39,696 nt of DNA from Chiloscyllium plagiosum (GCF_004010195.1 NW_025215256.1:38263-77958); one strand, 5' to 3'; shown: positions 1 through 11,369, counted from the stretch's first letter. Made by a program: numbers and translations. Notes: generated by a model not told the origin, from the letters alone.

Positions 1-310
1 CTGGATAGGCTGATAATACTTTCACTCGAACACTGGAGTTTGAAAGGCCACCTGATAGTAATTTATAAATTATTGAGAGTTCGGATACAGTTAACTGTAA
101 CTGTCTTTTCTCCAAGGAGGGGTCTGCAAGACGAGAGGGCAAATGTTTAAGTTGAAAAGAGGGATTTAAAATAAGACATGAGAGTCTTGTTTTTAACAGA
201 GGATGGTTTATGTGTGCAATTCACTTCATGAGGCAGTGATGAATGAAAGTACATTTACAATATTTACAGGATATTTGGATCGATAAATGAATTGGAAAGT
301 TTTAGTGGGA
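1..310 (+). mobile_element. CR1 LINE 3' fragment, degenerate
   Basis: Encodes LDRLxILSLEHWSLKGHLI-like text, matching the CR1 ORF2 C-terminus (LxxLxLFSLExRRLRGDLI). Confidence 0.8.
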
Positions 311-384
311 TTTAAAAAAGCTATTCTTTCATGCCTAGTCCATTATTTATTGCCAAGTGGAAAGTTCAGAATCAACCACGATAT

Positions 385-625
385 TATGGATCTGGAGTCA
401 CAAACCAGCCAGACCAGATAGGTATGGCAGTTTCCTTCCCTATCAGGCATTAGTGAATCAGATCTACAACAACTGATTCAACATCATCATTAGATTCTTC
501 AAGTCTAGGTATTTATTGAACTAAAATTCCAGCATCTGCCATGGCAGGATTTGAACCCGAGTCTACAGAGTTATATCTGGACATTCATATAAACAATGCA
601 ATAATAATATCACAATAGCATTATT
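385..625 (-). mobile_element. tRNA-headed SINE, Deu-domain/SacSINE1-like (mirror copy ~21160-21390 +)
   Basis: Minus strand reads ggttcaaatcctgccatggcagatgctggaattt...ttcactaatgcctgatagggaaggaaactgccatacc...ctggtctggc. Same family as 2838-3075. Confidence 0.7.
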
Positions 626-849
626 AACCCTCAACAGTTACAGGAGCCGTCAGATGCGACGAGTTTAGTTTGGCATTATGTTCAGCATGAGCTGGTTGGC
701 GTGAAAGGCCTGTTTTCATGCTGTGTGAGTCTATGACTTTGACGCTATGGAACTGGCAGCTGGTTGGGATTAACAGCAGCGTTGACATTTTAATTGATCT
801 CCTTCTGGGATATATAATCTTGCTGGTTACTCTGGAGGATTTTTTGCTC

Positions 850-1075
850 ATTGAGCCCTTCCCACACACGGGACTAGTAAACAGTCTGTCCCCAGTTTCA
901 CTGAGTAAATGTGTTTCCACTTCAGCAGGTAATTTAATCCGCATTGCCTGGTTTCTCTGCGATATCGGTGTTCTTGTATCTACTCAGGGTGAACGATGGG
1001 TTCAAATCGTGTCCACGCAGATGCCAATCCCGTTGTCCATGTTGTGAATGTGTTTTTATTCTTCCTGATATACCC
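850..1075 (-). pseudogene. Degenerate C2H2 zinc-finger gene exon
   Basis: Translates to ...SRYKNTDIAEKP.../PAEVETHLLSETGDRLFTSPVCGKG, a decayed form of H-x3-H-TGERPFTC-x2-CGKG. Cys/His residues are lost and the frame is broken. Confidence 0.7.
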
Positions 1076-1109
1076 TGTGGGTGTCGCTGGTCAGGACAGC
1101 ATTAGTTGT

Positions 1110-1350
1110 TCATCCTGATTCGCTGCTGTCTCGCTGCACGAGAGACATGGATTAGATCCCAGTCTCATCTCAGTTTGCACATTGTCTCTTTGCTTGTGTG
1201 AGTTTCCTCCCACGGACTGAAGGTGTGCAGGTTACTGGGATCAGCCATGGGGAAAGAAGGGGAATTGAATAGGTATGGAATGTGGGTCTGATAGGATGCG
1301 CTTGGAGGGATGGTGTCGACTGGAAGGGCCGAATGGCCTGCTTCCCGACA
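1110..1350 (+). mobile_element. Degenerate HE1/V-SINE (mirror ~20430-20670 -)
   Basis: agtttgcacatt...gtgagtttcctcccac...gtgtgcaggtta...gggccgaatggcctg: V-domain-like core with a CR1-type tail, as at 11665-11964. Confidence 0.65.
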
Positions 1351-2279
1351 CGGTCGCCATTCTCGGATTAAGGGTCAGCTATGTTGTTCCTGTCCTGGAG
1401 TTAGAAGTAAAGATGGTAGCATCCACTGAATAATGGACATGCATGGATTGGAGTTCAGGAGATTTAAGTCATGTTCTCTGTTCCTGAGGTCAGGCTTTCA
1501 TTCCAGGTTGTATTCGTCAAACTTTAACATTACCAGTTCCGTGTGTGAGTCCCCAAGGATGACTCGTTTATTATATAACCACAACACCACCTTCTCTAGG
1601 TTCCAGCATTTACTGGGAACAAGAAACTGATCCTGAGCTGATGCGAGCAATAGCAGTTGCTACTGCCAATGCCAAAAACTCTGATCCAAATTGGAAAATG
1701 AAATTTCGAACCTTGCCAGCCCAAAGGTAAAGGCTCAACACGCTTCAGTTGCGCCAATCGGCTGTCTCAGAAACATGTACTGCTTATGGCTATAATATAA
1801 TAAATGTTGGCAAGTATTCCCTTCCGGCCTTCTTTTGACCAGGAGCAGTCTCCTCCTCGGAAATACACGCACCTCTCTCCTGTCATTCCATCCCAATTTC
1901 CAACTGGATCTTCGTGGCTGCTTCACACAGTTTCTCTGATTCCGGGTCTGGAACTGGAATTAAGTGTGATTGCCTGCGGCAGTTGCTACTGCCTTGTGTG
2001 GGCAAAGTGATGGAGTAGTCGATGTTAAACTATAATGCTGTTGAAGCATACATTTGAACAATACCCTGCACTATCCCATGAGTTTGGAGAGTTTCATTCA
2101 TCCCATTCTCCAGTACTCTCATTCATGGAATCTCCACAGTCTCTGGGGACGCTAAAGTTAAAGATTCGGTTCATTCTGCGTTCCCACATGTCTGTCGCTA
2201 AGTCCTGATATTGTACATTCTCTTTGACATTTCCTCTGCTGCCATCCTGGCTGCAGTTTGCAAGCGTGCTCTGTGGAGT

Positions 2280-2351
2280 GCTGTAACCGTTTCGTAGCTC
2301 GTATTCTGCATTGTGATTGCAGCGACATCGGCTCGAATCCACATCATGGCA
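2280..2351 (+). pseudogene. tRNA-His(GTG) pseudogene
   Basis: gctgtaaccgtttcgtagctcgtattctgcattgtgattgcagcgacatcggctcgaatccacatcatggca aligns gap-free over 72 nt to vertebrate tRNA-His-GTG. A and B boxes and stems are damaged. Confidence 0.85.
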
Positions 2352-2837
2352 GTCAGTTCTCTCAAAATTTTACTTTTGGTGAAACACGGTAAGAAATTAA
2401 TCGTTTTACAAGATGATATTCTCAGAGGTGATGATTTGTTTTCCATCGAATTTTGTTCTCTGATATTTCAGCGTTTCATGTTTCAGGATTTAAACCGAAA
2501 AGTTCTCGAAGATGTCTCTCCCTCGCAATCTCCCTAGCTCTCTTTTCCGTCCCTCGTCCCATTTGACTGAGGCATTGCACAATCTAACATACACTTTCAC
2601 GTTGATACCATCCAGTCTGTGCCGCTGCACTCACTGTTGCTGGGTGACCATGCCCCAATCTCTTCATTGTCACCTTCAAATCATTCGATCCGTTTGGATA
2701 TCGTGGCTGTGAGATCAATTCTCTTTTAGCAGCTTTTGCTGACATGGACCAGAGATTATTGGAGTGTGAGGCTCAATAAAAGGGCAGTAGGGAATAATTG
2801 GGGAAAAGAGACTCTTTGGAAAAGATCCACCATGAGA

Positions 2838-3075
2838 GCTTTCTGCGATAGCCTAGTGGTATTATCGCTGGATTTTTAACAAGCAAAGCCAGGTAATATT
2901 CTGGAGGGACGGCTTCGATTCCCAGCACACCACGACGATGGTAGTATGTGAATGCAACAAATGCCTAGAATTAAGAATACGTTGTCTGAAAGACCCATCT
3001 ATTTCACTGACGTCCTTGAGGGAAGGAAACTACCGTCCTTATCTGGTCTGGCGTCCACGTGAATCCAAACCGGAA
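2838..3075 (+). mobile_element. tRNA-headed SINE, Deu-domain/SacSINE1-like (mirror ~18712-18945 -)
   Basis: A-box tagcctagtgg and B-box gcttcgattcc, then acccatct...ttcactgacgtccttgagggaaggaaact...ctggtctggc. Confidence 0.7.
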
Positions 3076-3129
3076 GGCAATAAATGCCGCAGAGCCACCC
3101 CTGATGCTGTTACAGAATGGAAAAATGTT

Positions 3130-3600
3130 CATTGGGCTCAGTGCTAGAATTGTCCAGGGATGTAATCGCACTGGGAACGTTGCAGGAGACATTCACTCCA
3201 ATAGTATCTAGGCTGAAGAGTTTCAGTCATGAAGGTAGACAGGACAAATTGGATTCGTTTGTCACCGTGCAGAGGAGTTTGTGAGGGGTATGGATAAGGT
3301 AGACTGGAAGAAGTGTTTCCCATCGATGGAAAGAACGATCACAGTGGGCCAGAAATTTAATCAGAGAGACAGAAATGTTTAAGTTGATGTGTGGAAAAGT
3401 GGTATAGGCCGGCGGGTGTTCGAATTTGGAACACAGTGTCTGTAAGTTACAGAGAGGCAGTAACCCTTATAACCTGAAGGAATATTCAGAAGTGAATATG
3501 TTCTACCAATACCTGTAAGGCTATGGGCTTAACCATTCGGGTCGTTAAGCAATTGCTTTTGACAAATGCAACCATAACGGGCTGAAGTGTCTACTTTGAA
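3130..3600 (+). mobile_element. Degenerate CR1 LINE 3' end (mirror ~18185-18650 -)
   Basis: Decayed ERVQRRFT...LDKLGLF...RGMDKVD text and the gggctgaag tail motif. Confidence 0.65.
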
Positions 3601-3607
3601 ACTGTTG

Positions 3608-3679
3608 CCCTCGTTAGTATAGCGGTTCGTGTCGCTGTATGTTATGCGGGAGTTAGGAGCTCAATTCCTCGCTAGGGCA
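3608..3679 (+). pseudogene. tRNA-Asp pseudogene
   Basis: ccctcgttagtatagcggttcgtgtcgctgtatgttatgcgggagttaggagctcaattcctcgctagggca aligns to tRNA-Asp-GTC (TCCTCGTTAGTATAGTGG...GCGGGAGA...). Anticodon arm and B-box are mutated. Confidence 0.85.
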
Positions 3680-4339
3680 CTGTAAATGTTTTAAAACTGT
3701 CGCTCCGTTTCCAGCTGCGGGTTATTAATGCCCGTCCTTCCATTCTCCATGGGGCATGTCACAAGAAGGACAGTGCTGTCTGAATCAGCGTGGGGAAGGA
3801 CTGCAGCTCCCGGCGAGACAGAGTGTCAGTGAAAGTACAAACACGTGACTTCCGCAACCTGCACCTTGTTTTGTATTGGAATCTAAACCATTTAATAGAA
3901 AGAAGGAGGAAGCTGAGGAAGAAACAGGGTAAACCAATTCAGATGTGAGTGCAGAAACATTTTCGGCAGCATCATGAGGAAAACTGACAAATGGCTCTGA
4001 GAAAGAGTTTGTCTTTCAGAACTGTTAGTTCGCAGGGATGTTTTTGTTCCACTCAAGCCGTTAAGAAATTGAATAACAATTTAACTAAGACTTGAAATGT
4101 TAGAACACACCAGGCGATGAGTCACGTCTGGAAACTGTGTTTACAAGCCAGATGTTTGATAACTGATAATGATGCAGTAGGCTGAAGGGCCATTCTCCAT
4201 GCTTTTAAAAACTCAATAACTGTCATTTTTCAACTGAACAAAATAGACAAAAACAAAGTCACCAAGAAAAGTTCCAAGCATTGCATATGGCTTCCTTGGT
4301 GCGAAGGTGCTGAAATTCAGCTGTCTCACTGCTATTTCC

Positions 4340-4462
4340 NNNNNNNNNNNNNNNNNNNNNNNNNNNNNNNNNNNNNNNNNNNNNNNNNNNNNNNNNNNNN
4401 NNNNNNNNNNNNNNNNNNNNNNNNNNNNNNNNNNNNNNNNNNNNNNNNNNNNNNNNNNNNNN
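4340..4462. other. Assembly gap
   Basis: N-run. The mirror arm has ~300 bp here (~17140-17445). Confidence 1.
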
Positions 4463-5670
4463 AGATGCCGGTTTTGGACTGGGGTATGCAAATTTGAAAA
4501 TCACACAAAACCAGGTTATAGTCCAACAGGCTTAATTGGAAGTACTAGCTTTCGGAACACTGCTCATTCATCAGGTGATTGTGGAGTACACAACTGTAAG
4601 TCACAGAATTTATAGCACAAGTTTACAGTGTGATGTAACTGAAATTGTACATTGAAAATTACCTTGACTGTTTGCAAAGTCTCCGATCTGTTAGAATGAC
4701 CATGTTAGCTTCACTTCTTTCATATATAAAGTGCGCAAAACTTTTTTATTTTAAAGTTTCATTCTCAGGAGAAATTTAACAACTGGTGTCTGCCCCCTCG
4801 TGCTACTGTCTGTTCCATAATGTTTAGACTGATTCTAATTTATAAAAATGAGTTGCCAGAGACTTACATGGATTCATGCAGTTTTAGAGCAAAGTACAAT
4901 GTAATTCTGCAAGTACAAATTCACCCTACAAAAGTATGTGTGTGTGTGTGTGTGTACGTGTGTCTGTGTGTGTAGGAGGGACTCTGTAGATAGGGCAATG
5001 GGATCACCTGAAATGTGACATGAACCCAATGACCATGCGTACCGAATTTAGCTATCAGCCTCTGCGTGGGTACTTTTAGCTGCTGCCTATTCCGAAGCCC
5101 GCCCTGGAGGATTGACATCCGAAGCTCCGATGTCGAATATCCTGGACCACTGAAGTGCTCTCCAACTGGGAAGGAGCACACCTGTCTGTTGATTGATGTG
5201 CAGTGCCCATTCCGTTGTTGTAGCCTCTGCTCGGCTTCACCAATGTACCATGCCTTAATGCATCCTTGCCTGCAGCGTATTGTTTTTTTTTAAATTAGAC
5301 TCAGTCTAAACATTATGGGATGGACGCAGCACACAGGGATTAAAACCTTCAACATATTAACTGTGCTGACACTAATTGGTAAAGTTCACCTGAGAATGTC
5401 ACTGTTAAAAGAAAGTTTTTCGATTTACATAAGAAAGAAATGGACCTAACATAGTCATTCTAACAGATGGAAGACTTAACAAGCAATCAAGGTATTTTTC
5501 CAATGTATAATTTCAGTGACATTACACTTTAACCTTTCGCTATAAATTCTGAATGTTACCACTGTGTACTCCACAGCCACCTGATGAAGGAGCAGCTCTC
5601 CAAACGCTATTGCTTCCATTAAACCTGTTGGACAATGACCTGGTGTTGTGCGATTTTTAACTTTGTATTA
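4463..5670 (-). mobile_element. Penelope-like element fragment: GIY-YIG endonuclease C-terminus, 3' pseudo-LTR and inverted partial pseudo-LTR (5290-5670)
   Basis: Minus strand ~5000-5280 gives IRCRQGCIKAWYIGEAEQRL...FPVGEHFSGPG...LRMSILQGG...QRLIAKFGT. 5290-5670 is an inverted copy of the 4490-4840 tail. Hammerhead-like CTGATGA...GAAA motif in the tail; (CA)n tract at ~4936-4972. Confidence 0.85.
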
Positions 5671-6295
5671 GAATGCGAATCTCACAATTAAAATAGAGGC
5701 GAAGAAGCATTTATTTTCTCAGACAGTTCTGTATCAGTGGGCTTTCTTGTAGCAGAAGGCTGTTGAGGAAGGGTCATTAGGTGTAATGAGGCTGAGGTCG
5801 GCAGAACTTCAAACAGCAAAGACATCAAGCGTTATGGCGAAAGGCAAGAAAGTGCAGTTCAAGGTTATCAGATCAGATATGAAACCATTCAATGGCGGAG
5901 CAGACTTGATGGTCCGAATGGTGTCTATCTGTTCATAAAATTGTTGGCCTTAATATGAAGCTGCAAAACCGACCTGAGTAAAATGTGCCAAATTTTAAAA
6001 AAAGCGTGGTCCCCCTGAGCACTGAACCGAGGTGAAATGTACAAAGAACAATACACACAGGGAAGACAATATTGGGTAATTGATCCGTAGTGATCAGTAT
6101 ACCAAGGTAAACAGGAAAACCGATATTCAGTATCTACATTGAACCTGGCTCCACGAGGCATTTTGTTAATTCTCACAAACCACTATTCCCCTTCCGTTTT
6201 CCTGACGCCCCCTCCGTTCTTGTTTTAAACTGATTGAACGTCAGGCAATTGCAGATGACATTGCTGATGTGGAACTCTAGCATATAGAACATAGA

Positions 6296-6795
6296 NNNNN
6301 NNNNNNNNNNNNNNNNNNNNNNNNNNNNNNNNNNNNNNNNNNNNNNNNNNNNNNNNNNNNNNNNNNNNNNNNNNNNNNNNNNNNNNNNNNNNNNNNNNNN
6401 NNNNNNNNNNNNNNNNNNNNNNNNNNNNNNNNNNNNNNNNNNNNNNNNNNNNNNNNNNNNNNNNNNNNNNNNNNNNNNNNNNNNNNNNNNNNNNNNNNNN
6501 NNNNNNNNNNNNNNNNNNNNNNNNNNNNNNNNNNNNNNNNNNNNNNNNNNNNNNNNNNNNNNNNNNNNNNNNNNNNNNNNNNNNNNNNNNNNNNNNNNNN
6601 NNNNNNNNNNNNNNNNNNNNNNNNNNNNNNNNNNNNNNNNNNNNNNNNNNNNNNNNNNNNNNNNNNNNNNNNNNNNNNNNNNNNNNNNNNNNNNNNNNNN
6701 NNNNNNNNNNNNNNNNNNNNNNNNNNNNNNNNNNNNNNNNNNNNNNNNNNNNNNNNNNNNNNNNNNNNNNNNNNNNNNNNNNNNNNNNNNNNNNN
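6296..6795. other. Assembly gap (500 N) starting at a CR1 3' tail
   Basis: N-run preceded by catatagaacataga, the reverse complement of the CR1 tail at ~15320-15337. Confidence 1.
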
Positions 6796-7479
6796 GGGAC
6801 AACCAATGCAAGCAGATTGCAAAATTTTGTTTTAAAGTCTTGCTGCAACTGTTTTGGTTTTAATGAACGCATACATGGGATTCAGTGCTGTAATGATCCG
6901 CTAAACTGGAGAAGGAAACCTTTGCCTTCGAGGATACGTCCGGAATGTTCACTGATTTATCCCAGTAATGGTAGGACTGTCCTCTGGAGGCATATGAGTA
7001 AAATTATTCAATGTTCCATGGAGTTTCGAATGAGTGGTGAAGGGAATGTCTCCATTCACAAATTAATCATTCAGTAGAATACGTTACAGGGGCCCATGAA
7101 ATTATGAACAAATTGAACACGAACACGGACATACGATGCACAATAGCTACGACAATTACTATGCGAAAACTGTTGATTTCAGATGCACGGTGGCCTTTGG
7201 TGATGGCATTTACTGTCCAGAACCAATCTGCACTGGAATGACTGGAGAACACTATGAAGTATTTGAACTTCAGTCTCCTTTAGAAATAGTTGAGACTCAC
7301 TCAGGGCACGGGGAGTTAGAGATGTTGGCCTTCCAAACCTTTTGAACATTTCGTGGAAGAATAAAGGGAGTGATAGAAAATTTTCGTCTCCATGGAGACG
7401 ATGTTCATGAACTGGATAGATAATAATTTACCTTATTTGAGTTTATGCATGGTGACGTCATATTTAAAAAGCAAAGAGT

Positions 7480-7990
7480 TCATAGTGTAACTGTAGAATC
7501 TGTAGATCACCCTCAGTGGGACCATTGTGTGTAATTCTTGTCCTCATTCACCACCAAAAACATGTCAAGAGGTTAGAAAGGGCACAGACGCTGTTTCCTG
7601 GATAGCAAGATATTAGAAAGTGATGTGACGTTGTTTACTGAGACATAAAAATATCAGAAAGGACACAAACGGGATGATAGAAAGAATGAAGGAGTTTATT
7701 CACGAGATTTGGAAATGCTGGAGCAGAAACACGCAAGTTTGAAGAAAACGAATGAGATTTTCACATAACTCGAGGTTTGAATGACGAAATGGGGAAATGC
7801 ACTTTTCGAGTGAATCAATAACTTTAGTTAGAGCTTCAAAACCATCAGTGAATGATTAAGAAAAGTTTGGATGAGAGTTTCTTCCACTCAAGAGAGTTAG
7901 TTAAATCGTGAACAACTTTCCAGAAATAAAGCGTAGAAGCTGATTTCACAGTGTTTTAAAAGATACACGAACAAACATACAAGGAGGGAA
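7480..7990 (+). mobile_element. Highly decayed CR1 3' region
   Basis: Residual motifs ccattgtgtgtaattcttgtcctca (EYCVQFWSP-like) and ttcttccactcaagagagttag (FFTQRVV-like). Confidence 0.5.
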
Positions 7991-9544
7991 TTTACCATTG
8001 AGAGAAAGTCAGTGCGGTTGCGTAACAATTTCGAATTTGGTTGACTTCAGACACAAAGACATTTCATGAACACATACAAGTGATTAAGATTGAGTATAAA
8101 AAGTTCATGGATTGGTAAGGTGTGGCGTATTATTCAAGGTGAAACTCTGCAAATGGAGCTGATGTCTTAAAATAACTGCAGAGAGAAGTTATATCCCAAT
8201 GAGTAGGAATTGAATCGTCACTTGGAGACACAACACCTACTTTAAAGATTTGACCACATTCACATGATGTTATGTATATTTCGTACATTCTTAACTCCAC
8301 CCAAGAAATGCACCAAGAAGACTCTGTTCTTTTGTGTTGTTAACCCTCTGTACTTCTCTGCAGCACGCCATTGAAGATGAAATATGCTCAGAACAAAATT
8401 CAAATCAATACAATATTCAAACGGTCCTATGTGATTTTTTTTGATTATTGCAATAACCTTTGTGAGTTTGTAACAAACTGTGTGGCATGAAACCAGTTCA
8501 ACATCTATTTTCCCGGAATTTAACGCAGTGCACATGGGAAACGTTATCTACCTACTGAAAAATCGCCTTTGGCTCTCTCTTCACACAGTGCCTCTACACG
8601 TTTTAGAAACTTGCAGTATGTTTGTTGATCAAGGATTCATTTTCCAGAAAACGTCGTTTCTCAATCCACAATCTCGGGTATTTTCCCATAAACTTGGCTT
8701 TGCTCAATATCACCTTCTCTCCGTACCCCTCAACACGATGACAAATTGAAGCTGCTCCATGTGAGGCTTAAACTTAAAACTTCGGGACAGCACAGCCCAC
8801 TATACTGGAACAGAGATACTGTGCACTGGTCACCTGCAGCACAGGAACAACACATTAATGCTTACCTCCACATTCCTGGTTGTACCTTAACGTTTGGGAA
8901 ACCGAGTTTCTCTGATTCAATGGCTAGTAACGGGGATTATACGATCATCTTGACCAGCGGTTCTGACCCCGAGTGAGGAAAGTAGTGATCTACTCATTGC
9001 AAAGATGGGTAGATTGTTGAAATATACAATTGCAACATTTGCCTTCACGAACCAATGAACATTTTATTTTGTTTTTCATCTGTAGAAATCTTAAAATCTT
9101 CATCTTTAACAGACTCAATGACAGATCCCCATTGTGTCTCTGGCATCAAATTCCAAAGTGTAAACCCCCTCTGAATTCTTCCACCACAGTCTGCTGTTTG
9201 GGATTTTTTTCTGTTGTGGGAAATGCACTTCCCCGTGTGTCAACTGTTGCTCCCAGCATGCGCTCTGGCACTGCACTCATTTTCCTTCTGACACTTGCTC
9301 ACTCTGTTGCTGTGATCAAACAGTGACTTGGTGTCGCACGCCACAGGAAAATGATACAGATCAAGGTTTTTGCATTGTTGAATTCAATTGTCAGTTTAGC
9401 CAAATTTAGGATTTTGAAATTGTCTGTCCTGTACACAAGTGCGTGTCAAAAATATCTGAGCAGAAGAAAGGTGTTCCGAATAATGACATTGAGCACTATG
9501 CACTCTCGTCCAGTCTGGAAAACAATTCCTCACAGGCAATTTAA

Positions 9545-9705
9545 TAGACAATAGGCACAGGAGTAGGCCATTCTGCCCTTCGAGCCAGCACTACCATTCA
9601 TTATGATTATGGCTGATCATCCTCATTCAGTATCCTGTTCTTGCCTTATCCCCATAACCCTGGAGTCCACTATCCTTATGAGCTCTATCCAACTCTTTTT
9701 TGAAA
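9545..9705 (-). mobile_element. CR1 3' terminal fragment
   Basis: caggagtaggccattctgcccttcgagcc...cttatcccca is the reverse complement of a CR1-type 3' end. Confidence 0.65.
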
Positions 9706-9987
9706 GAACACCTCCTGCTTTCTCTGGTTCTTCATTCCGTTGACTTCAAATCTTCACAGAATTCAACAGACCTTGTTACATAGTCTTTTCTTCATTTTTG
9801 TTCAGACCACTGTGAGCAGAGTGTCACAGTGGGAATGCGCTTGCCCCACAACCCAGAGGTCAGACCATAGTCTTAGAACCATACTGTACTATTTATCATT
9901 TCACCAACACCAGGGAGAAATATCTGCTCTTCTGCATAATTTACGCAATTCACTTATTAATAAGGTCATAGGCTTCTGGACACATGT

Positions 9988-10069
9988 GCCGAGGTGGCCG
10001 AGAGGTTAAGGCGATGGACTGCTAATCCATTGTGCTCTGCACGCGTGGATTCGAATCCCACTCTCGTCG
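9988..10069 (+). tRNA. tRNA-Ser(GCT), near-intact with two stem mismatches
   Basis: 82 nt gccgaggtggccgagaggttaaggcgatggactgctaatccattgtgctctgcacgcgtggattcgaatcccactctcgtcg. Anticodon arm atgga-ctGCTaa-tccat and long variable arm present. Mismatch at acceptor pair 2 and G53A in the T-stem/B-box. Confidence 0.9.
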
Positions 10070-10072
10070 CTG

Positions 10073-10077
10073 TTTTT
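10073..10077 (+). terminator. RNA polymerase III terminator (T5)
   Basis: ttttt 3 nt downstream of tRNA-Ser. Confidence 0.7.
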
Positions 10078-10619
10078 AATGTTGCTATATTTGTACGCTC
10101 ACAGCTGTTTTATTGAAATTGGAACTCCAATGTCAGTTTGTATGCATCGACGCTACTATAAAATCTCAAAGAATACTTTGAGCCAGTTGCCTAAACTGCA
10201 TTGAAATGTAGATCGCATTGGGATAATGAAAAGGAATGCGATTTTATTTTTCAAGTCAAGCTGCTGTGACCATTTATTGTATGAAAGAGATCCAGGAAAA
10301 CCAAATAATGAGAGATGCGAAATGTATGTTTATGTTAATGACTGGTTTGTCAGATGAAATCTGGAGCAGGTTGAGTAGAAGGGATTCATCTTGGTGAGAA
10401 GAGCACGGAGAGTCAGCACAAAACAATGGAGATATTTCAAAAGGGGCAGGGCATGGGGGTAGGGGCACCGAGAACTACCTGTAAATGCACAGTGGAGAAC
10501 TGCCGATGTTGGTGCCGTGCATGGGCACGGAGAGACTTACGCATTGGTGTTTCCCTCGCCTGTTGCTCTCGCCATTGATGAAGGCTGGACATAAGGCACA
10601 GATAAACACAAGATGTGGG

Positions 10620-10845
10620 AAGCTGAAAGTGTGTTGCTGGAAAAACCCAGCAGGTCAAGCAGCATCCAAGGAACAGGAGAATCGACGTTTCAGTCATAAG
10701 CCCTTCTTCAGGAATGAGGCTGGCGTGCCAAGTGGGCTGAGGTAAAAAAAATAGAGTGGAGGGAATTTGGGGGAGGGCGCTGGGAATATGATAGGTGGAA
10801 GGAGGTGAGAGTGAGGGTGATAGGCTAGAGAGGGGGTAGGGACGG
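10620..10845 (-). mobile_element. Penelope-like 3' terminal fragment, second family, with degenerate hammerhead
   Basis: Homologous to 14104-14198; minus strand cattcCTGAAGAagggcttatgactGAAACgtc. Confidence 0.7.
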
Positions 10846-11369
10846 AGTTGTTAGCATACAGCTCTACAGCGTGTAAAATTTCAGCTGTGCACCTGGCCAG
10901 TGGTACAACCATTCGTATAGCTGGCGACGGATCATGCAATTGAAAGTTTGACTTTTACTTGGCGCTAGCGCATTGTGGAGATTCATCACACATACAAACG
11001 AATCATTTTTGTTCCGCTGAGGAGGATAATATTTGAAATTTTCATCTCCACGAACGAAAATTCTTTCACTGCCTTCGATCATTTAAATATTACCAAGAAC
11101 AATCAGAGTGAAAATCACACAGCACCAGATTGTATCGAACAGGCGTATTTGGAAGCACCAGTGTTCCATGTACTGCTTCTTCATCAGGTATTTGTCAACT
11201 GTTGGAATCTAAAATGGCTTTCAGTGATTTTGAAATTTGGCCACCCCAGTCCAACAGCAACACCTCCAAGTCATTGGTACCATCGACACCACGAACGGTC
11301 GGTTAAAGTCCAGATGATCTTCCAAAAGATCGCGCATATTGACATATACGCCAATTTTCTGCAGAAAAA

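Larger units (their letters stand above)
1..6295. repeat. Left arm of large inverted segmental duplication (partner ~15320-21511); runs off window start and ends at an N-gap
   Basis: Position 1 ctggataggctga is the reverse complement of ~21499-21511. Mirrored ORF pairs: 624-944(-)/20863-21159(+), 1433-1630(+)/20152-20349(-), 1804-2010(+)/19772-19978(-), 2512-2712(+)/19069-19269(-), 5925-6176(-)/15269-15682(+). Confidence 0.95.

Noticed and set aside
2838..2930. A/B boxes read as a tRNA gene (also 11895-11964)
   Set aside because: These are tRNA-derived SINE heads followed by SINE bodies.
6173..6872. Long ORFs crossing N-runs (also 4213-4615 and 28252-28446)
   Set aside because: Artefacts of translating through gaps.
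7136..7345. Small ORF with a possible splice acceptor in the unique spacer
   Set aside because: No recognisable domain or linked exon.
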